From a virus, in the IMG/VR virus record IMGVR_UViG_3300031857_000025: a stretch of DNA of 64,000 nt. One strand, 5' to 3'. A program made the position numbers and the translations under genes. Under the pieces are notes generated by a model. The model was not told the origin of the DNA. It did not search any database and saw only the letters and a list, made by a program, of their open reading frames with translations. Shown piece by piece: positions 30,090-40,641 of this stretch; positions within the stretch are counted from its first letter, which is position 1, and each line of letters begins with the position of its first letter.

Positions 30090-31841
30090 ATTAGCGAAAT
30101 AATAAATAATGGTACATCGTTTTCTGGGCTAACACCATACCGTGCAGTATATGCAAGTTCTTCAACATCAATAACTACTGAGCCATTAACTAATGTACGT
30201 CTATTACGAGAATTTGACCCAGGTTCTGGAAATTTTGGACAAATACTGCAAGCGGGTATAAATAATGCACCGACAGGTGCTATTCTTGATTGTACGTCAT
30301 ATACTGGATCTCAACAAATAACAGAGACCGTTGTTTTTACTAAACCAATCAGTATACGTTTAGGCGAAATTAATATTACAGCTAGTTTTGCATCACCAAC
30401 AACTCAGTCCCATGCATTTTTAATACAAGGAATAAACGGCGTATCAATTGAAGGTTTAGGTAGATCACCAAAAGCTGATCTGTTAGTATCACCTACTACT
30501 ATTGAAATGAGAACTTCAGGATCTGGGTATCATATTTTTGCTACTGGTTCAAATGTACTTACATTTGAAGGTTTCGACTGTTACGGTATACAAAGTGATA
30601 ATTACAATATTAGATCGGGCTCGGGTGGCATATGTTTAATTGAACCTGATCCAGATGTCAGTGGCGGAGGAAATAACGTTAACCAAGTGCTCCTAGAAAG
30701 CGTTTACGTACAAGGCACGCGTGATCATGGTATATGGGTAGTAGGCGCGATTCTAGCTCAAATACGTAATTGTCGTGTTGCTCAAGCTGGTGGCCATGGA
30801 TTTTATGTATCTACAGGAACAACATCTACCTATATTCTTAATTGTTATGCTAGTTCTGGCGAATTAGCTGGTTTTTGCATAGACGGATCAAGCTATACCC
30901 AGTTACAAAACTGCGCGGCTGAATTTTTTGGTGTAGGATATTGGTTACGAAGTTCATTTAATATTTCTTTGTTAGGATGTGGAGCTGAACAAAACACACC
31001 AAAGACGAACGTACCTAATAACCTAGGAATAGTATTTCCTAATAGCCTAGGATCATATGCAGTTAATGATATAGGTAGTGGTTTTACGAATGAATTTAGG
31101 GGTACAAATTATCTAATAACTGGTGGAAGAAATATCTACATACCAGTGCCATATTCAAAAGATCCAGGTGATAATGCATTTGCTACTGTAGTTGAATATA
31201 ACGGTACTCGTCATTATAAAATACGAGGAAATGCTCGTGCAGTATATCTGGTTAATCCTAGGTGCACTGGTGATACGCCACTGCGATATGATATCAGTAT
31301 TGAAGATGATGGTACCAATGCTCCTCGTGATGTGAATTTGTTTTTTAATCCAGTCGAAGACGGTACTGTACATTTGCTCACTCAGGATATATTTACAAGT
31401 TCATATGCTACAGGTACTATACTTACAAATACTGGCCGTTATATATACACTGGTAGTAATAGTGGACCCGGCGCGGCTCTTAGTTCGTCAGTTATTTTAG
31501 ACCAAGGTGATAACACGGAAATTAAAAATGGTACTATATATTATACAAGTTTAATTGCTAATCTACAAGGCACATCATCCTGGGCAAATAATAGTTTACA
31601 GACAGTTACGGCATCATATGCCTTTACTGCTTCATATATAGATCCAATATTTATATCATCATCAGCCGCAGCATCAGGATTTGGTGCTGGCGGAGGTGGT
31701 GGCGTAACACAAATTACAGCCGGCTCTAATATTACAATTGACCCGGTCGGGGGTACTGGTAACGTTACTATTAATTCTACCGGCGGTGGCACCAACCTAG
31801 GATTAGTATATGCAGTTTCATTAGGATATTTAATGCCTTGA
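29424..31841 (+). CDS. Tail spike with right-handed beta-helix (pectate lyase-like; putative depolymerase)
   Basis: Shared N-terminal domain, then LQAGINNAPTGAIL cap and repeated rungs HGIWV, IRNCRV, HGFYV, ILNCYA, LQNCAAE, LLGCGAE. Confidence 0.75.
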   Translation: MATTQYNQLAIAYKKLSGKSHTSVNFDPGNETIGSGVQISAFQAFGQDVSTTTAVRTGATLGNTYANASGETVVQYVRFTLTGIGTSLVLTEPGDISGTSIDDTGEISAAASLHHAYALALPSDYQSNSAYTHAKRGTFPFTANQSFSGSNGRLQVIPARFASGSIIDQFDPKVLKSDLTEITPGDPIDWVFDPFAGVLYVQDPSVSTVPAFIEGYLYIGNYISEIINNGTSFSGLTPYRAVYASSSTSITTEPLTNVRLLREFDPGSGNFGQILQAGINNAPTGAILDCTSYTGSQQITETVVFTKPISIRLGEINITASFASPTTQSHAFLIQGINGVSIEGLGRSPKADLLVSPTTIEMRTSGSGYHIFATGSNVLTFEGFDCYGIQSDNYNIRSGSGGICLIEPDPDVSGGGNNVNQVLLESVYVQGTRDHGIWVVGAILAQIRNCRVAQAGGHGFYVSTGTTSTYILNCYASSGELAGFCIDGSSYTQLQNCAAEFFGVGYWLRSSFNISLLGCGAEQNTPKTNVPNNLGIVFPNSLGSYAVNDIGSGFTNEFRGTNYLITGGRNIYIPVPYSKDPGDNAFATVVEYNGTRHYKIRGNARAVYLVNPRCTGDTPLRYDISIEDDGTNAPRDVNLFFNPVEDGTVHLLTQDIFTSSYATGTILTNTGRYIYTGSNSGPGAALSSSVILDQGDNTEIKNGTIYYTSLIANLQGTSSWANNSLQTVTASYAFTASYIDPIFISSSAAASGFGAGGGGGVTQITAGSNITIDPVGGTGNVTINSTGGGTNLGLVYAVSLGYLMP

Positions 31842-31864
31842 TAATTATATAAAAGAGATACATT

Positions 31865-32278
31865 ATGTCACAGAATACGGCTCCAATATTTACACAAACA
31901 CCTGATATTCAATTTGCTAGAATGATCACAACAGCAAATCCAGATCACACCATGGCAACTGGAGTAAGTTCATCAATATTTCTAGCAGGCCCTTCAGGTA
32001 GTTACGTAAACAAAATACGTTTCAAACCTTCTGGCTCAATTAATGCTACAGTAGTGCGTGTGTTTATTAATAATGGGCAAACTACAACTACAGCTACTAA
32101 TAACTCTCTATACGGAGAATTATCATTACCGACTATTACTACTAGTAATACTACTGCACAAAATGACTTTGAAATACCAATGAATATTGCATTACCGGCT
32201 AATTATCGTTTGTTTGCAACAACTGCTACTGCATTAGGTGGCGGATTAGATATTACTACAATTGCCGGCGACTATTAA
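31865..32278 (+). CDS. Small beta-sandwich tail-associated protein
   Basis: 137 aa T-rich ORF between the spike and the Gly-rich genes; ends GDY. Confidence 0.6.
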   Translation: MSQNTAPIFTQTPDIQFARMITTANPDHTMATGVSSSIFLAGPSGSYVNKIRFKPSGSINATVVRVFINNGQTTTTATNNSLYGELSLPTITTSNTTAQNDFEIPMNIALPANYRLFATTATALGGGLDITTIAGDY

Positions 32279-32297
32279 TAAAAATAAATAACTAGTT

Positions 32298-33242
32298 ATG
32301 GACGGCTTTAGTCATTTACCTAATAAAATAGACGCTAATACTTTTGTATTTTATGCAAATGCTACTACAACTACATCTGGAAGCTTCCAAGCCTGGAATG
32401 TACCTGAGTATGCTTCATTTCTACATTTCACTGTAATTGGTGGAGGAGGTGGAGGAGGCGGTGGTTGTGGCGGTGTACCAAATGCATCAGGACGGGTAGG
32501 AGGTGGCGGCGGAGCTCCAGCTGGACTAGTAGCAGTTTCTATACCTACTATTTTACTTCCTAAAACTTTATATTTACAAGTAGGATATGGAGGTGCGCCT
32601 GGTACGGGAAGTAATAACCAAGCTATAGCAGGTCAGTCTGGTAATGCAGGTACTATTTCATATATATGTTTATATCCAGAAATCAATCCAGGATCTGTTT
32701 TAATGCAATCAAGCAATACCGCTCCAGGAGGTGGAGTAGGAGGTTCTGTAACAGGAGCAACGGGTACACCTATAACAATTGCAGATACGACTAACTTAAA
32801 GTGGTTAGGTATAGTAGGAAATACAGTAGCCCAAACTGCCGGAGGTGCTAGTGCAGTTGGTGGCGGTGCTAGTGTGACGTATGCTGGTTTATTAACTGGC
32901 GGTGCAGGAGGTGGATCTAAACCTGCTAGCAACAACAACGGAAATGCAGGAGGTGGTATAACCATGACTAGCATAAGTGCATATGTAACAACGGCTATTA
33001 ATGGTGGAGCAGGAGGAACAAACCCAGCAGCTGGTAGTAATGGCAGTAATGGATATTTTTCATGGCGGCCATTTATAGCTACTGGTGGAGCTGGTGGCGG
33101 TGGAGGATCTGTAAGTGCAAACGGAGGAAATGGAGGGAAAGGAGCTTATGGTTGTGGAGGAGGTGGAGGTGGAGCAGCCGGCACTATCGGTGGAACTGGA
33201 GGATCAGGTGGTGATGGTCTAATAATAATAGCAGTAAGTTAA
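32298..33242 (+). CDS. Glycine-rich tail adhesin-like protein 1
   Basis: W..P...IGGGGGGG start, poly-Gly runs, GG.GGDGL end. Confidence 0.7.
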   Translation: MDGFSHLPNKIDANTFVFYANATTTTSGSFQAWNVPEYASFLHFTVIGGGGGGGGGCGGVPNASGRVGGGGGAPAGLVAVSIPTILLPKTLYLQVGYGGAPGTGSNNQAIAGQSGNAGTISYICLYPEINPGSVLMQSSNTAPGGGVGGSVTGATGTPITIADTTNLKWLGIVGNTVAQTAGGASAVGGGASVTYAGLLTGGAGGGSKPASNNNGNAGGGITMTSISAYVTTAINGGAGGTNPAAGSNGSNGYFSWRPFIATGGAGGGGGSVSANGGNGGKGAYGCGGGGGGAAGTIGGTGGSGGDGLIIIAVS

Positions 33243-33243
33243 T

Positions 33244-34170
33244 ATGAACGGATTTCAACATTTACCTTCACAACAAGATCAACGCTTTTGGGTTTTTAGT
33301 AGTACTAAAAGTCAGCGAATAGATCCTAGTCTTATTAATAGACTTGAAATTTGGACTAAACCGCCAGGTATAAGTTTTGTTCATATTATTTGCGTAGGCG
33401 GCGGCTCGGGTGCAGGTGGTACCGTGGCACGTAATGCCGGAATCCAGGTAGGAGGAGGAGGAGGAGGAGCTTCAGGTGCAATAACTTCGACATTTCTTCC
33501 GGCATATTTAGTTCCTGATACTTTGTATATTAGTGTAGGTACCGGTGGCCCAGGTGGTATTGGTGATATTATAGGCTCCCAAGGCGCGGCTGGCCAGGCT
33601 ACTTGGGTTTCTTTTTGGCCAGATTCAAACCCAGCAACTGCAGTAGGATATACTTTATGTTATGCCAATCAAGCGTTTATTGCCGGCAGCGGCGGCTCAA
33701 TTGGCGGCTTTGGAACAGGCGGTACAGGTCCCGCAGCAGTAACAACTACTTCATTACGATACTCACAAATAGGCTTACGTAATTATTTTGCTGGCCAATC
33801 TGGAGCCAACGGCGGTGTACCTATAGGTACCAGCATTAATGCCGTCTATAGAATTTCTGGTGGCGCTGGTGGCGGTGGGAACAATAATACAGGTGTTGTC
33901 GGTGCCGGTGGTAGTATTAATAGTATAGGGCAATTCGCATTAAGTGCAATTACAGCCTCCCCATCCGGAAGCAACGGAGCACGTGTACAAGATTTTATTA
34001 AATTTATTGCAACCGGCGGTACTGGTGCCAGCTCTGCAGTGACAATCTCTGGTAGTAACGGAGGATTCGGAGGATTCGGATCAGGCGGAGGTGGTGGTTC
34101 AGTAGGTCTTGGCGGCGGTGGCCGTGGTGGCGATGGCGGTGATGGATTAGTAATAATAACATGTGGATAA
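33244..34170 (+). CDS. Glycine-rich tail adhesin-like protein 2
   Basis: WTKPPG...VGGGSG, poly-Gly runs, GGDGGDGL end; paralog of its neighbours. Confidence 0.7.
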   Translation: MNGFQHLPSQQDQRFWVFSSTKSQRIDPSLINRLEIWTKPPGISFVHIICVGGGSGAGGTVARNAGIQVGGGGGGASGAITSTFLPAYLVPDTLYISVGTGGPGGIGDIIGSQGAAGQATWVSFWPDSNPATAVGYTLCYANQAFIAGSGGSIGGFGTGGTGPAAVTTTSLRYSQIGLRNYFAGQSGANGGVPIGTSINAVYRISGGAGGGGNNNTGVVGAGGSINSIGQFALSAITASPSGSNGARVQDFIKFIATGGTGASSAVTISGSNGGFGGFGSGGGGGSVGLGGGGRGGDGGDGLVIITCG

Positions 34171-34174
34171 AGTT

Positions 34175-35128
34175 ATGACAGGAAATTTCAATTTACCAAT
34201 AGCAAAAGGAAACGCTAAAACATACGTTTTTACAACCGAAAATACTACTGCAGCATCAACCCCATGGAGAGGAATGACAGTATGGAATAAACCTCCAGGA
34301 ATAAATTTTGTATATGGACTATTAATAGGAGGTGGATCTGGCGGCGCTGGAGGATTTTCATTCGGAGCAGGAACAGCTGGTGGTGGAGGAGGTGGAGGTA
34401 CGCCGGGAGGAGTAATACAATTCATACAACCAGCTTACTTGGTACCAGATAAATTAACAGTTACTGTAGCAAGAGGCGGTAGAGGCGGAGCAGCTGGAAA
34501 CAATGGCGGATATCCTAGTACTACTACTGGATTATGGTATCAAGAGGTAGGACAAACAAGCTTGAATATAAATCGTGTGTATTATGCTTTTCCTAATTCT
34601 TCTCTTACTGGTACGCAAACCGGTCGAGTAGGTTCCGCAGTTGCGGCTGGTCTTGGAGGCGCTGCAGCTACCTTATCAACGACTGCCAACCAGCCTGGAA
34701 TAATGGGATTTTGTAATTTTGCACAGCCAGCCACATTAGGCGGACAAAATGGTGGATTAGCAGCAGGAGGTAACAATGCTCCATTTGTAGGAAGACCACA
34801 GGGTGGAGCTGGAGGTGGAGGAGTATCAAGTGGTGTAACTTTTAATGGTGGTAATGTGTTTGCTCCTACAACATCTGTAAACTCTATATGGAGTCGAAAT
34901 TTATTAGGAGGAGCATCTGCAGGAGCAAATGGAGAAGATGGTATAACACTTTTTGAACCAACATTCTTTTCATTACCAGGAGCTGGAGGTGCTGGAAATG
35001 CTTCTGGTGTTGGAGGTAATGGCGGTAAGGGTGGTATTGGATGTGGTGGTGGTGGTGGTGGAGCTGGAACTACTGGCGGACCAGGTGGCGAAGGAGGAGA
35101 TGGATTAGTTATGCTCGTTTGTTGGTAA
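34175..35128 (+). CDS. Glycine-rich tail adhesin-like protein 3 (ATG 34175 preferred to GTG 34163)
   Basis: WNKPPG...IGGGSGG, poly-Gly runs, GGEGGDGL end. Confidence 0.7.
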   Translation: MTGNFNLPIAKGNAKTYVFTTENTTAASTPWRGMTVWNKPPGINFVYGLLIGGGSGGAGGFSFGAGTAGGGGGGGTPGGVIQFIQPAYLVPDKLTVTVARGGRGGAAGNNGGYPSTTTGLWYQEVGQTSLNINRVYYAFPNSSLTGTQTGRVGSAVAAGLGGAAATLSTTANQPGIMGFCNFAQPATLGGQNGGLAAGGNNAPFVGRPQGGAGGGGVSSGVTFNGGNVFAPTTSVNSIWSRNLLGGASAGANGEDGITLFEPTFFSLPGAGGAGNASGVGGNGGKGGIGCGGGGGGAGTTGGPGGEGGDGLVMLVCW

Positions 35129-35153
35129 TCAATATTTATTAGAAAGAGATATT

Positions 35154-35540
35154 ATGGCAGCAGGAAAATATTCATTTACTATTGAACAAGGAGCTACTTT
35201 AACCTTAGAAGTGCAATACAAGGATCCTAATAATAATCCAATTGATTTGTCAGGACATTCCGGTAGAATGTTAATACGTTCAGATTATGCAGATGCTAAT
35301 CCAACGACATATGCTATATTATCAAGTAGTAAATGGGCCGATGGTACTGGATTAGATTTTTCCGGTAGTAATGGCATAACGCCAACACAGTCCGGAAGTA
35401 TTGGAATTTATATTTCAGCTGCTACGTCATCAGCATTTACATTTGATACCGCGCGATACGACTTAGAAATATATACTGGCGGTACAGTGACACGTTTATT
35501 GGAAGGACAAGTTAAGTTAAGTAAAGAAGTTACTCGATGA
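35154..35540 (+). CDS. Tail fibre attachment/adaptor-like protein
   Basis: IEQGAT...PIDLSG...YDLEI...RLLEG.V pattern typical of small fibre-proximal proteins; late box 35132-35139. Confidence 0.6.
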   Translation: MAAGKYSFTIEQGATLTLEVQYKDPNNNPIDLSGHSGRMLIRSDYADANPTTYAILSSSKWADGTGLDFSGSNGITPTQSGSIGIYISAATSSAFTFDTARYDLEIYTGGTVTRLLEGQVKLSKEVTR

Positions 35541-38500
35541 GTCATGATAATAGAGTATATCTTAATACAACTCAAAATAACATTGTAGTACTTGATAGTG
35601 AACATAATCAAATAACAGTTTCACATCCAGTTACTCAAGTTATTGAAATCACACAGGCCACGACTCCTACCATAACTGTTATAGAAGAAACACCTAATAA
35701 CGTTTCGGTTACAGAAGCATTAGGTAATACTGTAATAGTAACATCGCCGGGACCACAAGGTCCAGTTGTCACAGAATCTGACCCAGTGTTTACAGCATGG
35801 ACATCGTCATTTAATTCATATACCGGTTCGGTACAGACTCAAGTTAACAGTCTAAACTCAGCTACTAGTAGTTATGTATTAAATTCTGTAACATCTTCAA
35901 TGTCTGTACTAAGCAGTTCATATGCCGTAACAGCTAGTTATGCAATTAATGTTCCGACAATAGATACATCTGTATTAGTAGGAACAGCTTCATTTAACAT
36001 ATTTACGGGCTCAATACAAACACAAGTTAATAACTTAACTTCGGCTACTGGTAGTTATGTACTGAATTCTGTAACGTCATCAATGATAGTATCAGGCGCA
36101 TTAACTGCGTCATATATAAATGCATTAACACAAAACGTACAATTAACTGGAAATTTAAGTATTACCGGTAATATGAACGTTATTGGTACAGCATCGTATA
36201 CATATGTAACCGCATCACAATTAGACGTAGGTACAAATACTATATCAGTTAACATAGCCGAACCAGCTGAACGTTTTGGTGGATTAGTAGTATATGATTC
36301 TGGTTCATTATCTCATCTAGCAACCGCTAGTTTACTTTGGGACTCGTTACATAATCATTGGGTATATCAAAATGTATCTGGTTCTACATATTCCGGGGGT
36401 ATGTTGCTCGCCGGTCCTAGGAATACAGGGGTATTAGGTGACGAACCTAATTTATCAAAATGGTTTATACCTAGATCTGACGGTGGTGATCATTTGAATG
36501 ATACTCAAATATTTAGTAGTGCTTCTACACATATAATAACAGGTTCATTAACTGTTACGGAGTATATTACCGGTAGTTTATTAGGCACTTCGTCATGGGC
36601 TACAAATGCAGTTACTGCATCATTTGCTCCTAATTATGTTTTAAACTCAATGACATCGAGTTTTATAGTAAATAATCAAACTGGTTCATTTGCTATTACC
36701 GGATCTAATACATTTACCGGTAATCAGATAATAAGTGGTTCATTTATCATAGAAACAGGATCAATAAATACAACTTTACGTGTCACTCAAAACGGTACTG
36801 GTACTATATTAACTATACAAACTGGTTCAACAGATGTACTGACAATTAATAATAATAGAACATCATCATTCACTGGTAATGTGGTATTAAATAATGCATC
36901 AACTCAATTACGTTTAGGTATTGGTAGATTTGATAGTAGTACATTAACAGATCCATTATATCCAATACATGTGATATCACAAGGCGGAAATGATGCGACA
37001 ATGGTATTTGATGGCAAGCAGTACTTAAATAATGCGGCGAATGCTAATATAATACTAGCAGCTGATACAATTGATAAAACACCGCGACTAACGTTTTTTG
37101 ATAGAGGCACCGGACTAACCCCAATAAGTTATAATGGTACTGCTACTTATACTGGCGCTTCTGCGTATTTGTATTTGGAAAGAAGTGGATCTGGTATGAG
37201 TGCTCCAAATGCAGCATTCTCAGGTTCCTTGCCATTAATAACCGGGGCTAACAGAAATAATTTCTATATTGTTAATGAATATACTGATAGAAGTATAGTA
37301 TTCAGATTAAATGCTACCGTTGGTGGACAGCGTAACGTACTTAATATACTTTCTAGTGGAGTAGTAAATGCATTAACATCATTTATTGCTCCTACATTAC
37401 AAGGGAGTACTTTATATCCTCAAAGTGATAATACGTTAAGTATTAGAACAAGAGATGCTGGCCTCGGTAATCAAAATATTATATTTGGTACGGGTAATCC
37501 AGGTGGTATTCCATTTACACGGCTAACCGTCAGTGCATCAGGCGCTGTAATAATTCCTTCTGGTAATTTAGGTATAGGTACGACATCACCTGGAAGTAAT
37601 TTACATGTCGTAAAAGGTTCATCAGGTGTAGCCGTTTTAGCAAGTGACATAGCTACATTTGAAAATAATACTCATGCATATATAACTGTACTATCACCAA
37701 ATGGTCAAAACTCAGGGTTACATTTAGGTAGTGGACCGGATCCGTTAGGTGCCTATGTTAGATGGAATCAAGATAATAATTTAATGAGTATCGGAACAGC
37801 AAATGACGGTGATAATATAAACTTTCTGACAGGTAATGAAGTTAGTTCAATGTATCTAAGAAATAACGTTGGACTAGGTATTAATACTACTGCTCCTCTA
37901 TATAGACTTCATGTCAGAAGTGGGTCAGTAACTAACAGTTCAACCTTCTCCGGAACACTAGCTGTTGTTGAAAATAGCGGGAGTGATTCATACTTATCTA
38001 TTTTAAGTAGTACCGGATTTGAATCAGGCGTAGGATTTGGAAGTGAAGTACATAGATCATCAGCTCGATTAGCTTGGACTCATAACTCATTAAATTTTAG
38101 TTTAGCTACTAATACAGGAAGTGCATTTTTAACTTTCGGTACCGGTCAAGCTACTGAAAGAATGCGTATAACAACAAATGGATTAGTTGGTATCGGTATA
38201 ACTGCTCCGGATTCAAATCTACATATACATAAAGGCTCAGCCGGTACCGTAAGTGCTACTAGCGAAACTGTATTGACTATTGAAAATAGTACTACTAACT
38301 ATCTCTCAATGTTAGCTCCAGATGCAAACTTTAGTGGTATTGTATTCGGATCACCGACTGATAATTTTGGTTCATTTATTAGATGGGGATACACATCGGG
38401 TAAATTAGAAATAGGTACAGCTGAAAGTGGTCAATATATTGAATTGAAAGCTGGTAACGATGTACCAAAAGCTTACGTAGCAACGACAGGTTTTGGTATT

Positions 38501-39133
38501 AATAAATTACCGACAGCTGCATTGGATGTAAGTGGAAGTACTATATTGTCCGGATCATTGATCGTTAGTGGTTCATCGTTAATTGTCAGTGGTACATCAA
38601 ATTTTATAGGTGAAGTAACAGTAACTGGGGCAGTAGTACCAGGAGGCCCGTATACCAATAATATATCTAGTCATAGTTTAGGATCACCTTTAAAGGCTTG
38701 GCAAGATGTATATGTCGGAAGTGGTTCTGTTTATTTCATTAATGCAGGCGGACAGACCAAAATCTCAGCAAATAGTGACGGTGAATTATCATTACCGGCA
38801 ACAACAGTGACAGGTAAGTTATATGGTAATGTATGGTCTGTTACGCCGGCCGGAAAAACTATATTAGATTGTTCTCTCGCAAATTTCTTCACATTAACTC
38901 TAAGCGCTAGCGAAACTACCGAAATTGACCTTAGTAATTTTTCACCAGGGCAAACTGTAAATTTAAAAATTACTATGGGTGGAAGTAATACTATAACTTT
39001 TGCTGGTAAGATAAAACAGTCAAATGAGTCGCCATATATTCCATCATCAGGGCCAAATGAAGTGGACATATTGACATTTATAGCATTTGACGCGTCAACG
39101 GTATACGTAAGTCATATTAATAATCTACTTTAA
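35537..39133 (+). CDS. Long tail fibre protein
   Basis: 1198 aa; duplicated SFN..TGS.QTQVN.L.SAT.SYVLNSVTSSM block; repeated G(L/V)GI.T..P...LH units. Confidence 0.8.
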   Translation: MSHDNRVYLNTTQNNIVVLDSEHNQITVSHPVTQVIEITQATTPTITVIEETPNNVSVTEALGNTVIVTSPGPQGPVVTESDPVFTAWTSSFNSYTGSVQTQVNSLNSATSSYVLNSVTSSMSVLSSSYAVTASYAINVPTIDTSVLVGTASFNIFTGSIQTQVNNLTSATGSYVLNSVTSSMIVSGALTASYINALTQNVQLTGNLSITGNMNVIGTASYTYVTASQLDVGTNTISVNIAEPAERFGGLVVYDSGSLSHLATASLLWDSLHNHWVYQNVSGSTYSGGMLLAGPRNTGVLGDEPNLSKWFIPRSDGGDHLNDTQIFSSASTHIITGSLTVTEYITGSLLGTSSWATNAVTASFAPNYVLNSMTSSFIVNNQTGSFAITGSNTFTGNQIISGSFIIETGSINTTLRVTQNGTGTILTIQTGSTDVLTINNNRTSSFTGNVVLNNASTQLRLGIGRFDSSTLTDPLYPIHVISQGGNDATMVFDGKQYLNNAANANIILAADTIDKTPRLTFFDRGTGLTPISYNGTATYTGASAYLYLERSGSGMSAPNAAFSGSLPLITGANRNNFYIVNEYTDRSIVFRLNATVGGQRNVLNILSSGVVNALTSFIAPTLQGSTLYPQSDNTLSIRTRDAGLGNQNIIFGTGNPGGIPFTRLTVSASGAVIIPSGNLGIGTTSPGSNLHVVKGSSGVAVLASDIATFENNTHAYITVLSPNGQNSGLHLGSGPDPLGAYVRWNQDNNLMSIGTANDGDNINFLTGNEVSSMYLRNNVGLGINTTAPLYRLHVRSGSVTNSSTFSGTLAVVENSGSDSYLSILSSTGFESGVGFGSEVHRSSARLAWTHNSLNFSLATNTGSAFLTFGTGQATERMRITTNGLVGIGITAPDSNLHIHKGSAGTVSATSETVLTIENSTTNYLSMLAPDANFSGIVFGSPTDNFGSFIRWGYTSGKLEIGTAESGQYIELKAGNDVPKAYVATTGFGINKLPTAALDVSGSTILSGSLIVSGSSLIVSGTSNFIGEVTVTGAVVPGGPYTNNISSHSLGSPLKAWQDVYVGSGSVYFINAGGQTKISANSDGELSLPATTVTGKLYGNVWSVTPAGKTILDCSLANFFTLTLSASETTEIDLSNFSPGQTVNLKITMGGSNTITFAGKIKQSNESPYIPSSGPNEVDILTFIAFDASTVYVSHINNLL

Positions 39134-39135
39134 AA

Positions 39136-39450
39136 ATGTTTACGCCTTTTGCATTCATACGACCGCCAGATCCTATAATAAACGCTTACACTATATATCT
39201 ATCTGACCCTGCAGCAGACAGGCCTAGTACTGCATGTGCAACGGGGCTGTCACGAACCCCTACCCCGTATTATACTGATGATGTATCATTTCCTATTGCT
39301 TCAATAATATATACACAGCCTACATTGACTATTCCATTTAACGGTGATAATTTATATTATAGTGTATACGATGACACGGAAGCTCCGTACGGTATTTACA
39401 TACAAATAGATAAGGACGGTATTATTATAGATACCGGAATTTGCGAGTAA
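39136..39450 (+). CDS. Small hypothetical protein, possible fibre tip
   Basis: Starts 2 nt after the fibre stop codon; two Cys; PFNG...YY motif. Confidence 0.5.
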   Translation: MFTPFAFIRPPDPIINAYTIYLSDPAADRPSTACATGLSRTPTPYYTDDVSFPIASIIYTQPTLTIPFNGDNLYYSVYDDTEAPYGIYIQIDKDGIIIDTGICE

Positions 39451-39474
39451 CATATTTATATAAAAAGGTAATAC

Positions 39475-40638
39475 ATGGCAGTTAATATTCCTATATGGCC
39501 TGGTAGTTCGTCATTTTTTCCCGGTAATACACCATTCGGGTTTTATGATCATGACTATGATTTTCAACAAGATGCTGATAAAATAGCAGATTGGTGTGCT
39601 AAAAGATTAGGATTCCCTCTCAGTGAAGTAGAATTACAAGACCTACATTTTTATACATGTTTCGAAGAAGCTGTTACAGAATACGGTGCCCAACTTAATG
39701 CATATAATATACGAGACAACATGTTAAATTTATACGGTGCTAGTACTGGAAGTAATTTAACTGGTAAAACAGTATCACCAAATTTAGGTGGTATTATATC
39801 ACTGGCAAATGAATATGGTGTCGAAGCTGGATCTGGAGGTAATGTAACGTATCGTACAGGTAGTGTTACATTATCAAGTGGTAAACAAATATACGACCTA
39901 TCCGATCCAAGTGTAGTGTCGTTAGAATCCGGTACACCGGGGACTACGGCAATTGAAATAAAACGTTTATATCATGAAGCACCACCAGCTTTAGTACGGT
40001 TCTTTGACCCATTTATTGGTACTGGTATAGGTACTCAACAAATGTTAGATGCATTCGGATTTGGAAGTTACTCGCCAGGTACATCGTTTATGATGATGCC
40101 GATATATGCCGATCTACTACGTTTACAGGCAATTGAATTCAATGATACAGTACGTCGTTCAGCATATTCATTCGAAATATCAAATAACAGATTACGTATA
40201 TTTCCGGTACCATTAGTTAATACTATTACAAAAGTACACTTTGATTATATTATTAAGTCAGATCGTAGTAATCCACTTAAAGGAAGTACTGGTAATATTT
40301 CTGATTTTTCAAATGTACCGTATGAAAATGTAGTATATGAAAATGTTAATAGTGTAGGTCGTCAATGGATACGTAAATATGCCGCGGCACTATCTAAAGA
40401 AATGCTAGGTAATGTACGTGGTAAGTATTCATCTATTCCAATTCCTAATAGTGAAATAACACTTAACGGCACTGATTTATTAAGTGCTGCCCAGACAGAA
40501 AAAGATGCATTAGTAACTGAACTTAAAGAAATGTTAGATAGCATGTCCCGTCAAGCACAATTAGAACGCAAGCAAGCTGAGGCAGATGCTCTTCAATCTC
40601 AAATGATGAAAATGCCACTTAAAATTTATATAGGATAA
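39475..40638 (+). CDS. Neck protein (T4 gp13-like)
   Basis: RLGFP...VEL at the N-terminus; WIRKYA.AL.KE..G..RGKY...TLNG..L at the C-terminus. Confidence 0.85.
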   Translation: MAVNIPIWPGSSSFFPGNTPFGFYDHDYDFQQDADKIADWCAKRLGFPLSEVELQDLHFYTCFEEAVTEYGAQLNAYNIRDNMLNLYGASTGSNLTGKTVSPNLGGIISLANEYGVEAGSGGNVTYRTGSVTLSSGKQIYDLSDPSVVSLESGTPGTTAIEIKRLYHEAPPALVRFFDPFIGTGIGTQQMLDAFGFGSYSPGTSFMMMPIYADLLRLQAIEFNDTVRRSAYSFEISNNRLRIFPVPLVNTITKVHFDYIIKSDRSNPLKGSTGNISDFSNVPYENVVYENVNSVGRQWIRKYAAALSKEMLGNVRGKYSSIPIPNSEITLNGTDLLSAAQTEKDALVTELKEMLDSMSRQAQLERKQAEADALQSQMMKMPLKIYIG

Positions 40639-40641
40639 CAT

